Origin: Centroscyllium fabricii
Taxonomy: Eukaryota
DNA length: 64,000 nt
Direction: 5' to 3'
Assembly: GCA_051313645.2 (NCBI GenBank)
Contig: JBNRSN020000025.1
Location: 41,292,001 to 41,356,000 of the forward strand
Part shown: positions 60,473 to 64,000 of the stretch, piece after piece
How positions within the stretch are numbered: the first letter of the stretch is position 1
Layout of the letters: each line of letters starts with the position of its first letter
Position numbers and translations under genes: made by a program
The notes under the pieces: generated by a model
Seen by the model: the letters and a program-made list of their open reading frames with translations, nothing else
What the model was told of the DNA's origin: nothing
Databases searched by the model: none

Positions 60473-63400
60473 AACGTGGGCCAGCGAGCGTGCTTTGTAA
60501 AACAGAACTCTTCATGACCGAGCGTGCAGTGTTGGACAGAGAAAACGGACTCAAGCAGAGGACCCGGTCTGCTTCTCTTGCACTGTGATCCCCTTTGCTC
60601 CGCCCACTGTGACCTTTCTCCTTGCGCACTGTGACCCCTGCTCCGCCCACTGTGGTTGGCACACTGCTGTGAGCTCTCCAAGGAAACCGTGAAGGGGAGG
60701 TTTCTTGCAATCAGACTGGCCAAGAATACATTGTGTGCCATTTCTAACCAGAAATTTGCTCCAGCAATAATACTGTTTAAGAATGTTCGATAGTTTATCT
60801 TTTAATTTCAGAAAAGAGTTTGACTATGTATTAGTGATGGGTGCTGTCTGTCTTTTCTCATCCCACACTTCACAGGATTGTTTTGGTTTCGTCCCATCTG
60901 ACTCATTGCCACAGGATAGTCGTTCAAGGGTAATTATCTTACGATGCGAAAAAACGTCGAAAAAAACATCAGAAAAAAAACATCAGAAATGCACCCATTT
61001 TAAAGTTGGCTCATCTTTAGCTATTTATTGTAGGCTGTATTTAAAATAAATGTTTTCAAAACATCTATCTGGAGAAACAGGATAAGAACATAAAATGGTT
61101 CACAGAAGGAATGTGGAGAACAGGCTTGGGCTGTTGGGCACAGTAGACCAAGAGATGCACAGCAGTTGTGTTCGGTAGTGCAAAGTGGTCTGTTGCACAG
61201 CCAGGTCCTGTCAGATTCCTGTCCTCCCATCCACCGTAAGAGAGCAAGTCCGTTAGTTAACGGAAAACTAGTCGAGGAGAGGGGGGGCGGGAAGGGAAGG
61301 GAAAAGAGAAAAGCTCTAACAGCGGCCGTGAATGTTACTGTCTCTCATCCACCTGAATGTGGTTAGCTGCAGTGGCCAGGTCCCAGTTGATCACCAGGAT
61401 TTATTTTTACATCAAAAACTAATACGGTGGTGAGATTAAAAGTATGGCCCATTAGGGTAGCACTTAAGGTGCTGGCTGCATAATGCTGTGGTCACGTGAT
61501 CTTATTCCACCACTGCCTTACGGTCAAATTCACCAGCCATGCTTTGTGCATGTTGGCTTTTGGTATAACCTGCAGGATAGATATAACTTGCAGTAGTAGA
61601 AAATCTCTTTGTAAAAGAGGATGCTTTGGCAAAGGCCATGCCTATAGTTAATGCCGCTCCCATTATGGGTCAGTGCGGAGCAGTTATTACTGTCAGAAAC
61701 TGGGAAGGTTTTCAACTTGTTCTACCTGGAACCCTCCCCAGTTTTACGAAGGGGAGGAATAGGATGGAGAGAAGGACAGAAATAAATGTACATTTTTTTT
61801 TTTTTAAAGGGAAATAAAATGGTTCCAATCAAATTATATGTTCCTTGGAGAAGCTGAAAGGTTGTGAGGCTACGTAGTCGAGCCCGAGGTTTTGGTACTG
61901 TGTGTATGTGTCTCCCTTGTGGTGGTTGTGTGCGTTCTGCGCCCTGCTGTATGACACTAAAGCGAGGTGTTGCAGTTATTGCCCATCACTATTACATACT
62001 CTTAGTATTTTTCAAGGCAACGCCTTTATTTTCTAGAATTTCAAAAAAAAAAGTTGTTTCTAGGTCCATCTAATGTTAAAAGGGCACGTATGTATTTTCC
62101 TTTTGTATGGCTCGCACGCGAGCTGATGCAGCCATCTGTCTTGTTTGCGCGTATGCGCATGTGTATGTGTTTGTGTACGTGTGCATTCTGTATATCTGTC
62201 TGCCTGCGAACAAAATACTGCTTTTGTGTGGGGTGGGGGGGTGGGTGGGATTAATTGATGAAGCTTGGTACATTTCAACCGGTGCTTGGAAAAAATATTA
62301 GCCGCCTCACTCCTTTTCAGCTGCTAGCACAGCCTCGCAATACACCAGCCATCAGGTTGTTTGACTGGGACATATAACATTGCTCAATTGATTTGGACTG
62401 GGGTTGAATAAACTTCAAATGCTGTTAATAGTCATGATGAATACTGCAAACTAGCCATGATGAATACTGCAAACTATCAGGCCCTAGAAGTATTTTAAAC
62501 TTTTATAACGAGCAATATTCAGAGTGCTTTCCCAGCAGTTGCGTTAAATTCTAAGCTAATGTAATCTCTCTTTATTTGCCTGTGTAACTTCCTCTCAGGT
62601 TTGAAGTGTTAGTCAGTACGTTGGTGAGATGTTTTCACGCAACCTGGCATGTCAGTTGATCAATGAACAGACACTAAATCTGATCTCTGGTGTTCATGAA
62701 CCTGGCGCAACTGAAACGATTGCCTGAGGCTCTTCAGAATATATTTGTTCTGTAAAAGATAAAATGGCTGGCTCCCCACTGGTTCTGCGGGTTAATACGC
62801 TGTGTGATGTGGTATACAAACCAGAAAGGTTATAGTTTTAATCCAATCACTCGGCCAAGGCAGTGGTGGCTCCATAAGTGGTCTTTGTGCCCCTGGGACA
62901 GGGAGGGGCAAATCTGGCCGGGGATTTTGTTCCTGATGGTTATTCAGTGACCATTAGGAATGGGCATGGGCTCAGTTGTAATCCTACTGCTTTTTCTTTT
63001 TTGTTTCCCCTCATTTCCCCCTGCCCCAGTCAAATAAGCTGCTGGTGCAGATTGTCCGGCTCGCACATCACTTAGACAAGGTACTGCCTGTGGAACTGTA
63101 CCCAAGCCTGAGTAAATGCCTTCAGGAAAGGTGAAGGTGGAAAATTTAAGATAACTACTGGACTGGGGGGATTTGTACCTCTACAAAAAGAGAAAGGTAC
63201 AAATATTTATGTACCTGAATGCACAGTACGATCAATCGAGCAAGTAATAGTTTTATATTTCCCAGCCAGAATTACAATCAGACGACTAGTGTTTTTTATC
63301 AAGCTCTGGTTTTGTTTCTTGCAGTTACTGATTTCAAAGCCCTTGTGTCTAATGGTAAGCCAAAAAATTAGTTTACAAATAGAGCAAACGTATAGTAGAT

Positions 63401-63560
63401 TACAGCAGAAGGCTAGCACTGGTATGAAATGCATTGTGCAACATTCTGGTGTTTGTGGGATCTGTTGGACTTGAGGGGCATTGCCGAGGAGGAGAAATGT
63501 GTTTGCAAACACTGGTATTGTACAGACAGAATGAAATAAAGTGACAAAGTCAAAACTAGT
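60473..63560 (+). other. Probable long SZRD1 3' UTR with several candidate poly(A) signals
   Basis: Largely repeat-poor sequence; AATAAA at ~61045, 61781, 61813, 62407 and 63535; TATTTAT AU-rich motifs at ~61023 and ~63204. Confidence 0.5.
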
Positions 63561-64000
63561 CTTGTGAACAGGACTGTGGAAGGGGTGCAATGTTCAATTT
63601 TGCTTGGACTGGAGGAATCAAAATGGGCTTGAAGAACATTGCGCGCTATATTCATTCACCAGCAAAACATAAGCAACAACCACAGATACTGAATTTGGTG
63701 TATTGAACAAAATCAGGATGCAACTCGGCACAATTGCAGACAGGGCAATGGTTAAAGACCAGTTTCAGCTTAGTGATATGTCAGTGGGAGTTGTGGATAG
63801 GACGCAGATAAAAAGGCTGGGGATGGGTTGGGGAAACCGCCTGCCCAGTAAAGCTCGGTGAGACTTCTGAATGTGCTGAGATGCGAATCATGTTTCGTTT
63901 GCCCGCATGTTACGGGGTCTTTGTCAAAGCTTGGAGAAAGTCCTAAATGAAACCCTTTAATGAAGTAAGTCTACACAGAGATTGTCCTGCCATGTGAAAT

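Overview
Vertebrate genomic DNA, most likely a shark or other chondrichthyan, judged by its V-SINE/HE1-like, DeuSINE-like, CR1, Rex1 and Penelope repeats. Two spliced genes sit head-to-head on one CpG island (~36.2-37.3 kb). ZBTB17/Miz-1 is on the minus strand: 14 coding exons, 27187->3660, ~825 aa, BTB plus 13 C2H2 fingers. SZRD1 is on the plus strand: 4 coding exons, 36786->60472, 150 aa. All coding exons were read by hand and give GT-AG junctions in consistent phase. The introns are packed with mobile elements and minisatellites. The most interesting non-genic signals are four. (1) A Tigger/pogo-type non-autonomous TIR family whose four copies share constant arms but carry different cargo: expanding GC-rich minisatellites or unrelated captured DNA. 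(2) An optional ~120-nt multi-branched RNA module in CR1 3' ends with a compensatory base change. (3) A Penelope-like element with inverted pseudo-LTRs carrying minimal hammerhead ribozyme motifs. (4) A candidate frame-shifting cassette exon in SZRD1. Repeat family names and human comparisons come from recalled similarity, not from database searches.
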